Of a DNA stretch of 64,000 nucleotides, positions 1 to 12,999 are shown in pieces. Positions within the stretch are counted from its first letter, which is position 1. Every line of letters starts with the position of its first letter. Both the position numbers and the translations under genes were made by a program. Source of the stretch: Lama glama (lineage: Eukaryota); contig CM052818.1 in assembly GCA_028534125.1 (NCBI GenBank), positions 18,788,001 to 18,852,000 on the forward strand. Reading direction: 5' to 3'. A model generated the notes under the pieces. The model had not been told where the DNA came from. It saw nothing but the letters and a program-made list of their open reading frames with translations, and did not search any database.

Positions 1-129
1 GGTAAGTGGAACAGGTTATAGTGTAGAGGATGTCCTGTTTTGTCAGAAGGTATTTCATTAAGAATTTGTATTTACAATTTGCTATGAACGATTTGCTAAG
101 GTGTGGCAGTGACCCTTAGAATATGTAAT

Positions 130-1110
130 TTGATTCCATTACTCCCAGATCGTGAATTCTAAGTTCTTACCATGGTGGCCACAGAACTCTGCATGACATG
201 ACCCTTGGAACCTGAATACTTCACAGGCCTCTGCTCCTACCAGTCTTTCCTTTGCACAGGATGCTCAGGCAAATAGCTATTCCTCTTGCTAATGCTGTAA
301 AAACATCAAAGAGCTGCAGCCTCTACCTTAGCCTTCCCTCTTTCCTTCCTCTGGATATTTGTATATGTCATTCCTGCACATCATTTTAATCCCTGCTCAG
401 AGCCACATAAGTCAGTGGGCCTCCCTGTCCACTTTATCTAAAGTAGCAACTGTTGTGCTGCACCCCACAGGCCTGCAAGCCCTGCACGTGCCCAGCTTCA
501 AGACCGAAAAAAGAGCCCAGAGTCAGCAACAGAGACATCAGTGGTTTAATGGAAAGGGGGAAGTTACATGTCTGAAGAAAGGTCCCAGAGTGACACCCCA
601 CCGTGTGCGGTGGACAGGACATGGCAGTAGTCTTTACTCCTGGGGTTGAGAGGGAGGTTACCAGTTACAGAGGGAACTGAGGTCAGGTTGACTCATTGGT
701 TACCAGGGAAACTAGCAGAGGGACACGCCCCTCACAGCCCTTTCATAAGCTGTCATAGTGGAGACACTCTGATCTAAAGTTAGAACAGCCACTAGCTGGG
801 GTGGGGCAAGTGTGTAGGAAGGTCGGTGGGGTGAATAGGGTGTAGGTGAAGCAGGCACTGGTCGAGCAGGGCATGTACAGAGAGCAAGAGAACAGCCAAC
901 TGGGTGGCCTGATCGTACAGCTATTATCACCTCTCCCTTTCCTCACCTGTTTTTCTTCATAGCACTTATCACTTCCAATATTTTATTTCAAATTTTTATT
1001 TTGCCAATCTCTTCCCACTAGAACGTAAGCTCCATGAGGGCAGAGACTTGCATTTGTTTTGTTTGCTGCCAAACCACCAGGGCCTTGGTGACGATTCGGT
1101 GAATAAACGA
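130..1110 (+). mobile_element. L2 LINE 3' fragment, split by the LTR at 451-919
   Basis: L2 3'-end motifs on both sides of the LTR: ...ctccctgtccactttatctaaagtagca..., cttcatagcacttatcac, ctagaacgtaagctccatgagggcagagac. Confidence 0.7.
451..919 (-). mobile_element. Solo ERV-type LTR (family not assigned)
   Basis: TG...CA termini, ~470 bp, ATTAAA on the minus strand near 546-551, decayed 5-bp TSD gcaac/gctat; interrupts an L2. Confidence 0.65.
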
Positions 1111-2167
1111 AGTTCAAGCATTCTTCTTGTGCCTGCTTAGTCCTGTAAACTAGAGGCAGTAAAACCTAATATTTTAAGGACAGATTTAGGAATTAGACTT
1201 GGTTTTTTAACCATTTACTGGCTGGTGTAACCACTGGCAATTTAAGCTCCTTGCCTGTGGATTTGTTCGTCTATAAATAATGTTTACCTCATTAACCTTA
1301 GAGAGTTAGTTGATGGGAGGATTAAATAAAATAACAAACAATATCTAAATGCTTGGTTTAATACTTGCTATGCCTGTCAAGTAGAAAACACTTAATAAGC
1401 AGCAGTTATAACATTCCAAATAATACCCTTCATACATTAGTAAATCAGATTCAGGTGGTTCTTAATTTAATTTTAAAAAAAAGCCACTGAATTTCTAGCA
1501 ACTGGTTTTCCACGCTCACTCAACCCTCCTCAGAAACCTTTTAATATTTCTTCCTCTCCAATCCATCTCATAGTCTGTATGGGAACCATCTCTCTGACTT
1601 AAGGGTTTTTATTTAACTCACAGATCTGAAAGTAATAGAAGCTATTGAATTTATTTCAACTTCTCACCTGTTCCTTACTAACAAATTTTTATTAACTTTC
1701 TTACTCTGCATTTCAAATAGGACAGATTATTTTTGTTTTGTGAAAAAGAAATTGGAATGTCAAGGAGCTTTTCTTCCTACTACCCCATGTAGGCTCTTAG
1801 TTCTCACTCCGCCCCCCACCTCCACACCCCACACGCTCACCTAGGCTACCACTGATCTGCTTTCTGTCACTATAGATTCAGTTAGTCTTTTCTAAAATTC
1901 CATGTAAATAGAAGCACATAGTACATATTCTTTTGCAACTAACTTCATCTACAGTGTTATGCGCATCAGCAGTTTCTTTTATTTCTAAGTGATGCTCTGT
2001 TGTAGAAACTCACCACCATGTTCTTATTCATCTGCTGACGGACATTTACGTTTTTCCATTTTAGACCTATTCTGAATATGACTACCATGAACATTTGCTC
2101 TCATGAACATTCAGACACAAATATTTCATTTTTTCATCAGAGTATACCTAAGAATGAAATTCCTGGG

Positions 2168-2674
2168 TTTTATGGGCTGAATTGTGTCCCCTCCCTCTCC
2201 TCCAAATTCTTATCTTGAAACCCTAACCCCCAGTCCTCAGACTGTGACTGTATTTGCGGATAGGGTCTTTAAAAAGGTAATTAAACTAAAATGAGGCCAT
2301 TTAAGGTGGATCCTAATCCAATCTGACTGGTGCCCCTGTTAGAAGAGGGAATTTGGACAAAAAGGAGACAAAAAGAGACACCAGGGATGCCAGTGTGCAA
2401 AGGCCGTGGCAGGGTACATGAGACGGCAGACTTCTGTAAGTCAAGGAGAGAGGCCACTTTATCTAAAATAGCAACTGTTGTGCTGCACCCCACAGGCCTA
2501 CAAGCCCTGTACATGCCCAGCTTCAAGACTGAAAAAAGAGCCCAGAACAGAGGAAACCAACACCTCCATCTTGGACTTCCAGCATCCAGAACTGTGAGAA
2601 AATAACTTTTTATTTCTTAAGCCATCCAGTCTGTGTCATTTCATTGTGGCAAACAGCCCTAGCAGACTAGTACA
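2168..2674 (+). mobile_element. MaLR LTR (MLT1A/B-like)
   Basis: tatgggctgaattgtgtcccc...ggacttccagcatccagaactgtgaga...agactagtaca; TSD ctggg at 2163-2167 and 2675-2679. Confidence 0.85.
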
Positions 2675-2871
2675 CTGGGGTATATAATAAATGTTTAACT
2701 TGATAAGAGATTGCCAAACTGTTTTTCAAAGTGTTTGTGCCATTTTATATTCCCACCAGCAAGTATGAGATTTATAATTACTTCACATTTTAAAAAATTG
2801 CTTCACATTTGGTATTGCCAATCTTCCTAATTTTATGCATTCTATTGGATGTATAGCAGTAGCTCAGTGAG

Positions 2872-2963
2872 TTGTTGTTGTTGTTTTTAATGGAGGTACT
2901 GGGGATTGAATCCAGGATCTTGTGCGTGCTAAGCATGCACTCTACCATTAAGCTATACCTACC
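2872..2963 (-). mobile_element. tRNA-derived SINE (camelid Vic-1-like)
   Basis: Reverse complement of ggtatagct...tagagtgcatgcttagca...tcctggattcaatccccagtacctcc (A/B-box tRNA head). Confidence 0.8.
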
Positions 2964-4442
2964 TCTCTTACTGGGATTTTAGTATGCATTTACCTGATGA
3001 CTAATGATGTTGAGCATCTTTTTCCATGGTCTTATTGGCTATTCACATACCTTTGGTTAATGGTCTGGTCAAATCTTTACTTGTTTCTTTACTCAGTTTA
3101 TGTCTTTCTAATACTGAGTTGTAGGAGCTTTTGATGTATTATGAATACAATTCTTTGTTCGATACACATGTTGTGGATATTTTTTCCCAGCACGTTTGCC
3201 CTTTCATTTTCTTAATGATGTCTTTTGGAGAGCAAGAGTTTTTAATTTTGATGAAGGTAAGTATAATTTTTTTTTCTCTTATGGTTTGTGCTTTGTGTGT
3301 TCTAAGAAATCTTTACCTGCTCTGAGATCAAAAAGATTTTCCTCTATGTTTTCTTTTAATTTTTTTTTACACTGTTATCTTTAACATTTAGGTCTATGAT
3401 TGATTTCAAATAAATTTTTATGTATGGCGGGAGGTAAGAGTTGAGATTCATCATTTTCCACATGTGTCTCCAATTGTCTAGCACCATATCTAAAAAAAAA
3501 AGTACTTACTCCTTTGAATTAATTTGGCGCCTTGTTCAAAAATCAGTTGATCATATATGTGTGAATTTTCTTTCTTGACTATTCTGTTTCTTATATATAT
3601 TTATGACAAATACCATACTGTTTAAACTTATGCCAAATACTGTACTATTTAATTATTATAGCTTTAGAGTAAATTTTGAAATAAGGTAGTATAAACCATT
3701 CAACTTTTGTTTAATGTTTTTGGCCATCCTCTAAGTCATTTGCATTTCCATATAAATTTTAGATTCAGCTTGCCAACTTCCTCAAAAAAGCTTGCTAGAT
3801 TTTGCTTGGGATTGAACTGAATGTACAGATAAATTTGGAGAGAACTGACATCTTAACAATGTTTAAGTCTTTGAATCCATGAACACAGTGTATCTGTCCA
3901 TTTATTCAGATCTTCTTAAGTTCTCTTGGCAATGCTTTATAGTTTTCATTGCACAGGTCTTGCATACATTTTGTTAAATTTGCTCCTTTCTATTTCATTT
4001 CTTGCATACTAATGTAAATAGTATTTTTAAAAATTTCACCTTCCAAAAGCTTGTTGCTACTATATTGAAGTACAATTGATTTTTAAATCATTTTACATTT
4101 TAGTTGATTTTTAAATCCTGTGGCCTTGATAAATTTGTTTATTAGTTCTAGTAGCCTTCTGTAGATCCTTTAGAATTTTTTTTACATATACAATCACGTT
4201 GTCCATAAATAAAGGTGGCTTTATTCCTTCCTTTCCAAGCAGTATACCCTTTAGTACTCCCTTCTCCTCCATTTTATTTTTTGGCCTTACTGAAGTGGCT
4301 AGGATGCCCAGTAAAATATAGAATAGAAGTAGTGAGAGGAGATACCCTCGGCTTATTCATAATCACAGTGGAAGTGGCTCTCGCCATTCTATATAATGTT
4401 AGCTGTAGATTTTTCAGAGATGCCTATTATCAGGCAGAAGAA

Positions 4443-4806
4443 TGTCAAGAGCTGTGAAGGATGTGAGCTTTTACAGTACTTTCAAGCCAACAAACTTGCC
4501 TGCTACAGTTTTATGGATGTTGGCAGAAAACATGAGACTCCTGGGTCAGAGACAAAGGAATTGATTACTTACAGCACAGAAAGCAACATGAGCTTCACCA
4601 TCATGTTGGGTCTCATTATTCCCATGGAGATGTGCAAAAGCAGCCTAGGTGGATGCTACTTAGGAAACCCAAATATTTTATAAAGGCTGCAAGCGAATGT
4701 GTCTGATCTTTGATCCAGAGGGAGCCATTACATTCTTGAAAGTATAGTTTGGAAGAAAAGACTGTCAGTGCCTCTGTTTGCAAGATATGCAAAAGTATGA
4801 GACACC
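4443..4806 (-). mobile_element. ERVL LTR (LTR40-like)
   Basis: tgtcaagagctgtgaagg...gagactcctgggtcagagacaaagga...cagtgcctctgtttgcaaga resembles the recalled LTR40 consensus (reverse). Confidence 0.7.
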
Positions 4807-6800
4807 GTACTTCACCTCCATTAAGATGACTATTATGAGAGAGAGAGGTTGAGAGACACACAAAGGAAGAAAAAAACAAGTGCTGGAGAGGATATGGAGA
4901 CACTGGAAAATCTGAGCATTGCCATGGGACTGTAAAAGGGTGCAGCTGCTGTAAAAAACAGTATGGTGGTTCTACAAAAAAATTAAACACAGAATTATCA
5001 TATCATCCAGCAATTCTACTTCTAGGTATATAACCAAAAGAACTGAAAGCAGGGATTTAAACAGATACTTGTACACCAGTGTTCATAGCATTATTCACAA
5101 AGGCAGAAACAACTCAAATGTTCATCAACAGATGAATGGGTAAACAAAATATGGTATGCATTATGGTATGTATATACATTGTACATATATTATATATTAT
5201 ATATGGGAAGTTTATAGAGATACAAGCCTACCTCAGTAAACAAACAAATAAAAATCTCAAATAAACAATCTAAACTTACACCTAAAGGAACTAGATAAAG
5301 AACAAAACCTAAAGTTAGTAGAAGGAAAGAATTAATAAAGATTGTAGCACAAACAAATAAAATAGAGACTAAACAACAGGAAAAATCAAGGAAACTAAGA
5401 TCTGGTTCTTTTAAAAGATAAACAAAATCAAAAAAACCTTTAGCCAGACTCATCAAGAAAAAAAAAAGGATGGTCACAAATAAATGAAATCAGAATGAAA
5501 GAGAAGTTACAACTGGCATCACAGAAATTTAAGAGATTAAATTAAATAAGAGATTACTATGAACAATTATACACCAATAAAATGGATGAACTAGAAGAAA
5601 TGGACAGATTCCTAGAAATGTACAATCTCTGAAGACTGAATAAAAAATATGGACAGACTGATTATCAGTAATGAAAGTGAATCAGTAATTTAAAAAATTC
5701 CAACAAGCAAAAGTCTGGAACCAGATGGCTTCACAGTTGAATTCTATCAAACACTTTAAGAGAAGTTAACATCTATCTTTATTAAACTACTCAAAAAAAT
5801 TGCAGAGGAAGGAATGCTTCCAATGTTTCCAAACTCATCCTATGAGGTTAGCATCATCCTGATAGCAAAACCAGTCAAAAGTACCACACACACACGCAAA
5901 AGAAAAACCAAAAAAAAAAAAAAAAAAAAAAAAAACAAGAAAAAGAAAGAAAATTATCGGCCAACACAAGGACATATATTCAAAATCCTTGACAAAGTAT
6001 TAGCAAACCAAATTCAACAGTACATTAAAAGGATCCTACACCATGATTAAGTGGGATTTATCCTAGGAATGAAAGGATGGTTCAATGTCTGCAAGTCAAT
6101 CAATGTGATACACCACATTAACAAATGAAAGAATAAAAGCTATTCATCTCAACAGATGCAGAATAAAACTTTTGGTAAAATTTGACATCCTTTTTTGATA
6201 AAAACTCTCAACAATGTGGGTATAGAGGGAACATACCTGAACATAAGTCATATATAAAAAACCTACAGCCAACATTTATACTTAACAGTGAAAAACTGAC
6301 AGACACCATTTCTTCTAAGATCAGAAACAGGAATGCCCACTCTCACTACTTTTATTCAATGTATTATTGGAAGTCCTAGCCAAAGTAATCTGACAAGAAA
6401 AGGAAACAAAAGAAATCCAAATTGGAGAAGTAAAACTGTCACTATTTGAAGATGACATGATACTACATATAGAAAATCCTAAAAGTGCCACTGAAAAATT
6501 ATTAGAATAAATGAATTCAATAAAGTTACAGGATACAAAATTAATATACATACATCTGTTGCATTTCCATACACTAACAACAAACTATCAGAATAGTACA
6601 GACTTTAGTTGTAAAATAAGTCACAGGTATGTAATATAAAGCATAGGGAAAATATAGTCAATAATATTGTAATAACTTTGTACAGTGACAGATGGTAACT
6701 AGGCTTATTGTGATCACTCTGTAATGTATACAAATATCAAACCACCATGTCATACACTTGAAACTAATGTAATATTTTAAGTCAACTAAACTCTAAAATA
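4807..6800 (+). mobile_element. L1 fragments: 3' portion (4807-5160), degenerate ORF2 linker/RT region (~5225-6595) and 3' tail
   Basis: ORF2 remnants (YEVSIILIAKP, KILDKVLANQIQQYIKRILHHD, ctatttgaagatgacatgatactacat = FxDD motif) with frameshifts and stops. Confidence 0.9.
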
Positions 6801-7257
6801 ATTTGTTCATCCAAGTTGTTGAATTTATTGGCATAAAGGTCTTATATATATTTTTTCATTAAGGTATAAAGGTCTTAATAGTATTCTTTATTACCCTTTT
6901 AATATCTGTAGAATATGTCCTTATGTCTCATTTCATTTCTGACTTTGCTGATGTGTCTTTTTTCCCCATTAGTTAATCTGGCTAGAGTTATCACTCTTAA
7001 TGTTCTTGTCAAAAATGTTTCATATATTTTGTCCAGTTCCCTGGCTGCAGTCTATTTCAAATCCTCAGCCAGTGGACAGCAATTTTGCTTCAGGTTCTTG
7101 AATCTCCACTGTTAGTATTTTCTACAATCTCTCTTTTCTGTCCAACTCCTAGTTTCCTCTTTTATCAAATTTTCCCAACAAGATGGATTTATAAGTATTT
7201 ACTTGAACCAAAACCTCAAGGTAAAGAAAAATGTATAATGGAAATCAATCCACTTAA

Positions 7258-7757
7258 NNNNNNNNNNNNNNNNNNNNNNNNNNNNNNNNNNNNNNNNNNN
7301 NNNNNNNNNNNNNNNNNNNNNNNNNNNNNNNNNNNNNNNNNNNNNNNNNNNNNNNNNNNNNNNNNNNNNNNNNNNNNNNNNNNNNNNNNNNNNNNNNNNN
7401 NNNNNNNNNNNNNNNNNNNNNNNNNNNNNNNNNNNNNNNNNNNNNNNNNNNNNNNNNNNNNNNNNNNNNNNNNNNNNNNNNNNNNNNNNNNNNNNNNNNN
7501 NNNNNNNNNNNNNNNNNNNNNNNNNNNNNNNNNNNNNNNNNNNNNNNNNNNNNNNNNNNNNNNNNNNNNNNNNNNNNNNNNNNNNNNNNNNNNNNNNNNN
7601 NNNNNNNNNNNNNNNNNNNNNNNNNNNNNNNNNNNNNNNNNNNNNNNNNNNNNNNNNNNNNNNNNNNNNNNNNNNNNNNNNNNNNNNNNNNNNNNNNNNN
7701 NNNNNNNNNNNNNNNNNNNNNNNNNNNNNNNNNNNNNNNNNNNNNNNNNNNNNNNNN
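7258..7757. other. Assembly gap (500 N)
   Basis: Exactly 500 consecutive N, probably a placeholder length. Confidence 1.
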
Positions 7758-7835
7758 TATTTTCTATGTAGCACATAGTTATTTTAATTTAGAAGTTAGT
7801 AGCTTCTAAACATACCTCTGTTTAAAATTTCATGG

Positions 7836-7995
7836 AGCTATAACATAAACAAGGACTTACTTGTATAGTGCAGGGAACTGCATTTAGCATCTTGGAAAAG
7901 AATCTGAAAAAATAGATATATATATAACTGAATTACTTTGCTGTACACTTGAAACATTTTACATCAACTATGTTTCAATAAAAAGTAAAAATTAA
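7836..7995 (+). mobile_element. 5'-truncated L1 3' end with TSD
   Basis: ataaacaaggacttacttgtatagtgcagggaact...tataactgaattactttgctgtacacttgaaac plus an A tail; flanked by aaatttcatgg / aaattcatgg. Confidence 0.75.
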
Positions 7996-8586
7996 AAAAT
8001 TCATGGGGCATATTAATAGTTATTGTTAATATTTTCATTCCTAAAGATTTTCAGCACTTTTATATCTAGGTTTTTGAACTTCTGCTAGCTTTATTTCCAA
8101 TTAAAAAAAATGAAAAATTCATGTCCTGAAATTCTTGAGGAAAAGACAATGTGTTTTTACTTATATTTTAATCTTTTTCTAAAAATGATATATAAAAATC
8201 ATACTAGTTCAGAACTAGTATGAGCTAGCAAATAGTGAATCCAATAGTGAGAATGAAATTCTCTCTGTAAAGGAACAAATACATGAATCTCAAATGGCTA
8301 TCTTTTAAATGAATCTGCATTTCAAAGGGATGCCTTGGAAGGATCCAGGCTTAGAGAGGGTGGTAGGAGTACAGAATCAATATGGCTGTCTCACTGACTC
8401 ATTTTGAATAAACAACTCTAAGTAAGACAATACCATTTAAAGGACCAGCACAGAATTTCAAAGGGGAAGTAATTCCCCTGGGGGAATTAAAATCAAGATA
8501 TTGGTTGTAGATTATCCCATTTTCCAATGGATGCCCTAAGTTTTAAAAGGTGGTATTGCTGGTACTTTTGAAGTAAAACTACTGTA

Positions 8587-8772
8587 CAGTTGACCCTTGA
8601 GCAACGTGGGTTTGAACTCCAAGGGTCTACTCATATTTGGGGATTTTTCAACAGTAAGGACTATCGTACTACAGTCCGTGGTTTAATCTGCCTTTGTGGA
8701 GGAATGGGAGATACAGAGGGCTGTCTATAAGTTATATGTGAATAAACCCCCACATTGTTCAAGGGCCAACTG
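8587..8772. mobile_element. TcMar-Tigger MITE (Tigger2-like)
   Basis: Terminal inverted repeats cagttgacccttgagcaa / ttgttcaagggccaactg with TA target duplications at 8585-86 and 8773-74. Confidence 0.88.
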
Positions 8773-9104
8773 TATTTAGAAATAGTCTTAATAATTTCAT
8801 ATTCTACTCAATTTTAAATCATATTTCAAAATATCTCATATATATGAATAGGAACAGAATTTAAACTTTAGGAAGAGAATAATGTAATGAACACTGTTAT
8901 AGCTTTCAACAACTAAGGTGACATAAAAACCAGGAAAAACAATACTTTTAAAAAATAGTCTTAAAAAAATTCTGAAATTAAAACTTTATTCTTGTATGAC
9001 TCCAATTCTGCAACACTGAAATGGAAAGTGTGTGTGTGTGTGTGTAGGGAGTATGAACCACCTACATCTACACTACCAACCACCAAAGGACAGAGAAAGC
9101 ACCG

Positions 9105-12100
9105 CAAAAATGTTACAAAACAAGGTTTATTCTGTAATACTTCATCATAATGAATTGCATCTCTTTGGTAAAAATAAACTTTATAAACATTTTAATAATC
9201 AGAGATTAGATACAAAAACTAAACATTTGTTAAGTTGTTTTTAATATGAGCAAAGACTGGCAACTGAGAAGTGGTTCACTTGGACGGGTCACCTACTGGC
9301 AGTTATAACTCAAACTCAGGGTAATTTTTATGCTACATTAGAAAAGAGGATAAGGACACAGTTTAATAACTCAAATTTCTTGAATCAGAAAGCATCCTTA
9401 TACTTTCAAATAAATAATAGTTACAATGAATTGGCAATTATACATTTTTATACACTATATAATGGCAACATAATACTTTAAAATTAAGCACTTTGTTTAA
9501 TAAGAAATGTACAACAATTTTAAAAACAACTTTTGACAATGGCACTGGCAGTTAGATGCAAAAAATGTGCTTCAAGAAAAAATGGCAGGTACAACATTAA
9601 AATACTCTACTTTGTCTTTCAATAAATATTTGACTAACATCATTAACATACTGAAGCAAACTTTATTTAAATCAAAGCCTACACATTTCAAACTAATAAA
9701 AAACTATAAAATATATGTAAACCAGAAAGCCTCAAAGGTTCTTAATCGAATGCTATGGTCTTCACAAAAAGTTGTTAAGTTACTGTAGTATTTAGGACAA
9801 TAGTCCTTACAGCCTTGTGAAATAGCCACTTGTGTTGCTTAAATTGCTGGGAAAGGCCTCCTGGTCTACCAAGACACACACATTCCCCCCCTAAAAATTT
9901 CTCTAGTTTTAAATTCGTGCTAATGTATATTTAATTGACCATCTAGTATGAACCCTTTACATAATACCTCAGAAAGGAGCAAAAGAAAAAAATACATATA
10001 TTCTAAACTTTACTATATACAAAGGAATCTAAAGAGAAGTCATGCTGGCTATTATGGACAGGAAAGGCTTATTAAAGGTGGAAAAAGGTGGTGATCCACC
10101 AATAATTCGCTTTTCCATGAATACAAGTATTTTTTCTCTGAATTTGAAAAGTAAAATAAAACATGAACTAATTTAGTAATATATTGCACAAATAAATTTC
10201 AAAAATATATATTCCAGAAACACTGATTCTGTTTAGGATATGAAAGATGATTAGTTGTGTTGAGTTACAACTTTTACTAGGGATCTATTATAAAATGGAA
10301 TCAGCTGTAACAATGTACACTGATGCAAAGCAAATTATATGTTAGCTTAAATCACAGTTTAAAAATATGTTGGAATATATATAACCTCTCCAAGATTGCC
10401 AAGTTGTTTCTATTACAGGAAAATATTTAATAAAATAGTCTTGGAAATACCATTTCCAGCCGACAGGACTTGGAATGACTTTCCTTAACTGGATGATTAT
10501 TAGCCATGTTTTTATCTCAACATCCCTGAGGAATGGGATCATGTCTATCGAACTAATAATGGGGGACCATAATTAAAAAGTTTCTTCCCCTTAAAAATAA
10601 CTGCCTTGGTAAATCAGCACATGGAAAGTGATACACTGAATTCTGTGCAAGAATTCAAAATAAGGTATCATGTAACTCCTTCCTGTTAGTTTTTAGTGTG
10701 AAAGTGTTTACTGACTTTGCTAGTGATGAATATAACTTTCAGCTTTCAAATTTGTGGAAAGAGTACATAAAGAGGGAGAGAAAAATCAAGTTTAAAGAGT
10801 TATTGTTATTTATATTAAGAAAAGCATTTTGAAGATCCCTATTAAAACTGGGAATGACTTTCCCCCTCCTTATTTTAGATAATTTTCCTTTACTTATACA
10901 GAGTAATTATCTAATGGACAGGAACAAAAGAGAACATTTGTGGTAAAGAATTTCAGCTAAACAAAACAAATTGGAACCAGATCATTGAAACACTGTTACT
11001 AAGGTCTATCCAGAGGACCACAGTAAATAGCTTAAAAATTTTGTTACTAAAGTGATTTTTATAATTTGTGTACTATTTATACTGTGGTATAAAGGCAATT
11101 TTTGGTGTTATATTCATTGTCTACAGTAAAAGGTGTTAACTTGGGCTAGCCATTTTCTATAGAAGATGTGACATATATGAAGGAAAAAAACCCCCAATAC
11201 CTCATGTTGCATACGTAAGGACTATTTTTCAGTATCAACAAGTTGAAAAAAATTACTATTTTTGAACAGCACCAATTCTATTAATGTGGCTATCCAGGTT
11301 CAATTACAACTAACATGGAAACAGGACAGATCATATTAATGTTGTTATCCATGGCTTAAAGACTTGCCAATTGAAAAAGATTTTTTCATTATGCTTCTCA
11401 TTTGACAGTTTTGCCCAAATAAACTCTTAAAATAGAAATATTTGTCTCTTAAAAAAATTAAGAAAATGATTTATTGTCATAGAAATAGTGAAAGTAACAA
11501 ACCAAAATCAAGAGCCTGTGTGTATACGTATGTATATACATATGAGCTATCAGAAAATGAAAACAAGGTCACTGTCAATGAAACATGATGTAGTATAAGA
11601 CTGAACTTTTAAAAGGTTGCTTTCACTGTTATAAAACAATATATAGTGAATAAGTTTAGTTTTAAAAGCATCCCTTGTTCTTTTTGAATGATATAGTCGA
11701 ACTATAGAAATGATATGAAAAATGTATCATACAAGCAGATTTGTTCAAATATTTAAGAAGGCCTTAGTCAATACATGTTTGGAAGGTAACAAAGTCTTTT
11801 AGCGTGGATTTCATGGCACATAATAGGTATTATACTGCCTCCTCAAAAGAACTTATTAAATAAGATCTAATTTTATATGAATTTTGAAATCCATGACGGC
11901 ATTTTTCTCTCTAGTTCTGTTAAATCCTTTAACTTAATTGGGTACACATACAAATTTAAATTCATACAAAGCTTGGACAGAAGGTTTTTCCTAAATGATC
12001 TACCTTTATTTCTGATGACACAAGTAATAGAATTCAAAATGTTTATGTTAGATTATGCTCCTTTTGTATTACAAGATTCTCAGAATACAGTACACTTAGC

Positions 12101-12999
12101 AACAAATGAAAGATCCTCTTAATGCAAAAGTGTGTCAAAATGGGTGTGTTAACCCCTAACACACTGTATGGCTATATCCTCTCATTGGATAGTTTCTCCT
12201 CAACAAAGATAGCTAGTGGCTAACATTTAAACAATGGCTGCAAAGCACTTTGGGAAAGAACAAACGGCTCCAATAAATGCTATGCAATATCTGGAAAGTT
12301 AAAAATTTTCAAAGATAAGATTGTAATAGGAATTGGAGTGTTCTTAGATGAAATTACATTACAAAATTGCCTTTTCTGAATCTTAGAACTTTTTCTATAC
12401 TCTCTGCCTATGTATCCAAAAGGAACTTTCTAGAAATCTAGGATCTTTTCTAGTTCAATTTTGTTTATACCTCAACAAAACAAATTTAAAACAAAAATTA
12501 AGATAAAATTAAAAATTTGAATCTCATCTTACTGGATTGTATGTGTCAAGAGAGGAGTACGTGATAAAGACAGCAGCAGAACTTTTAGCTGGATCAGCAA
12601 CTATAGGTAACTACAGATTGGAAAAGAAAATGAAAAAATATGTTACAGAACCACCAATTCTTACATTCTGACATATTAACAGAATAACAGATTTCCCCTA
12701 CAAGTTTAAGACAGAGGCTGGGGATTCTCTTACATGAAAATTTCCAAATTTTGGAGACACTAATTGCAAAAATTATGCTTCTAGGACTTCACATCATATG
12801 GCTGGGCATGATCCTTAACAGCAGTCATTTAACAAAAATTTAAAAAACAAGCAAACAAAAAATGTTTTGAAACAAGTAATTAGCACCCCTCCCCCACCCT
12901 AAAACAAAAGAAGTCCATTATGGCTTTGATATCCCTTGTAAAGAATTAAGTAGAAGAGTATTGCCACACTTCAAAATAATTTCACACTAATAAGTATTT
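9105..12999 (-). other. FOXN2: FOXN2 3'UTR (~3.9 kb, AU-rich, no recognisable repeats)
   Basis: Follows the TAG; unique AT-rich sequence free of obvious transposons up to the poly(A) signal. Confidence 0.75.
9126..9131 (-). terminator. Probable major polyadenylation signal (AATAAA)
   Basis: tttatt on +, followed on the minus strand by a GU/U-rich tract (ttttgcggtgctttctctgtcctttggtggttggt). A second AATAAA lies at 8985-8990. Confidence 0.7.

Larger units (their letters stand above)
1840..4430 (-). mobile_element. Old L1 (L1M-type) 3' end/ORF2 remnant with nested insertions; resumes at ~6800-7080
   Basis: Typical antisense L1 motifs: ccactgatctgctttctgtcactatagatt, ttgccaaactgtttttcaaagtg, tgactaatgatgttgagcatctttt, gcatttccatataaattttaga. 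Confidence 0.8.

Noticed and set aside
359..2605. Similar short ORFs at 359-649 and 2330-2605 suggesting a duplicated small gene
   Set aside because: The similarity is confined to the 93-bp duplicated repeat junction; the flanks are L2/LTR sequence.
5225..6595. Reverse-transcriptase-like coding fragments
   Set aside because: Frameshifted, stop-riddled L1 ORF2 fossil; not an intact or domesticated gene.
7085..7776. Long poly-X ORFs
   Set aside because: Artefacts of the 500-N gap.
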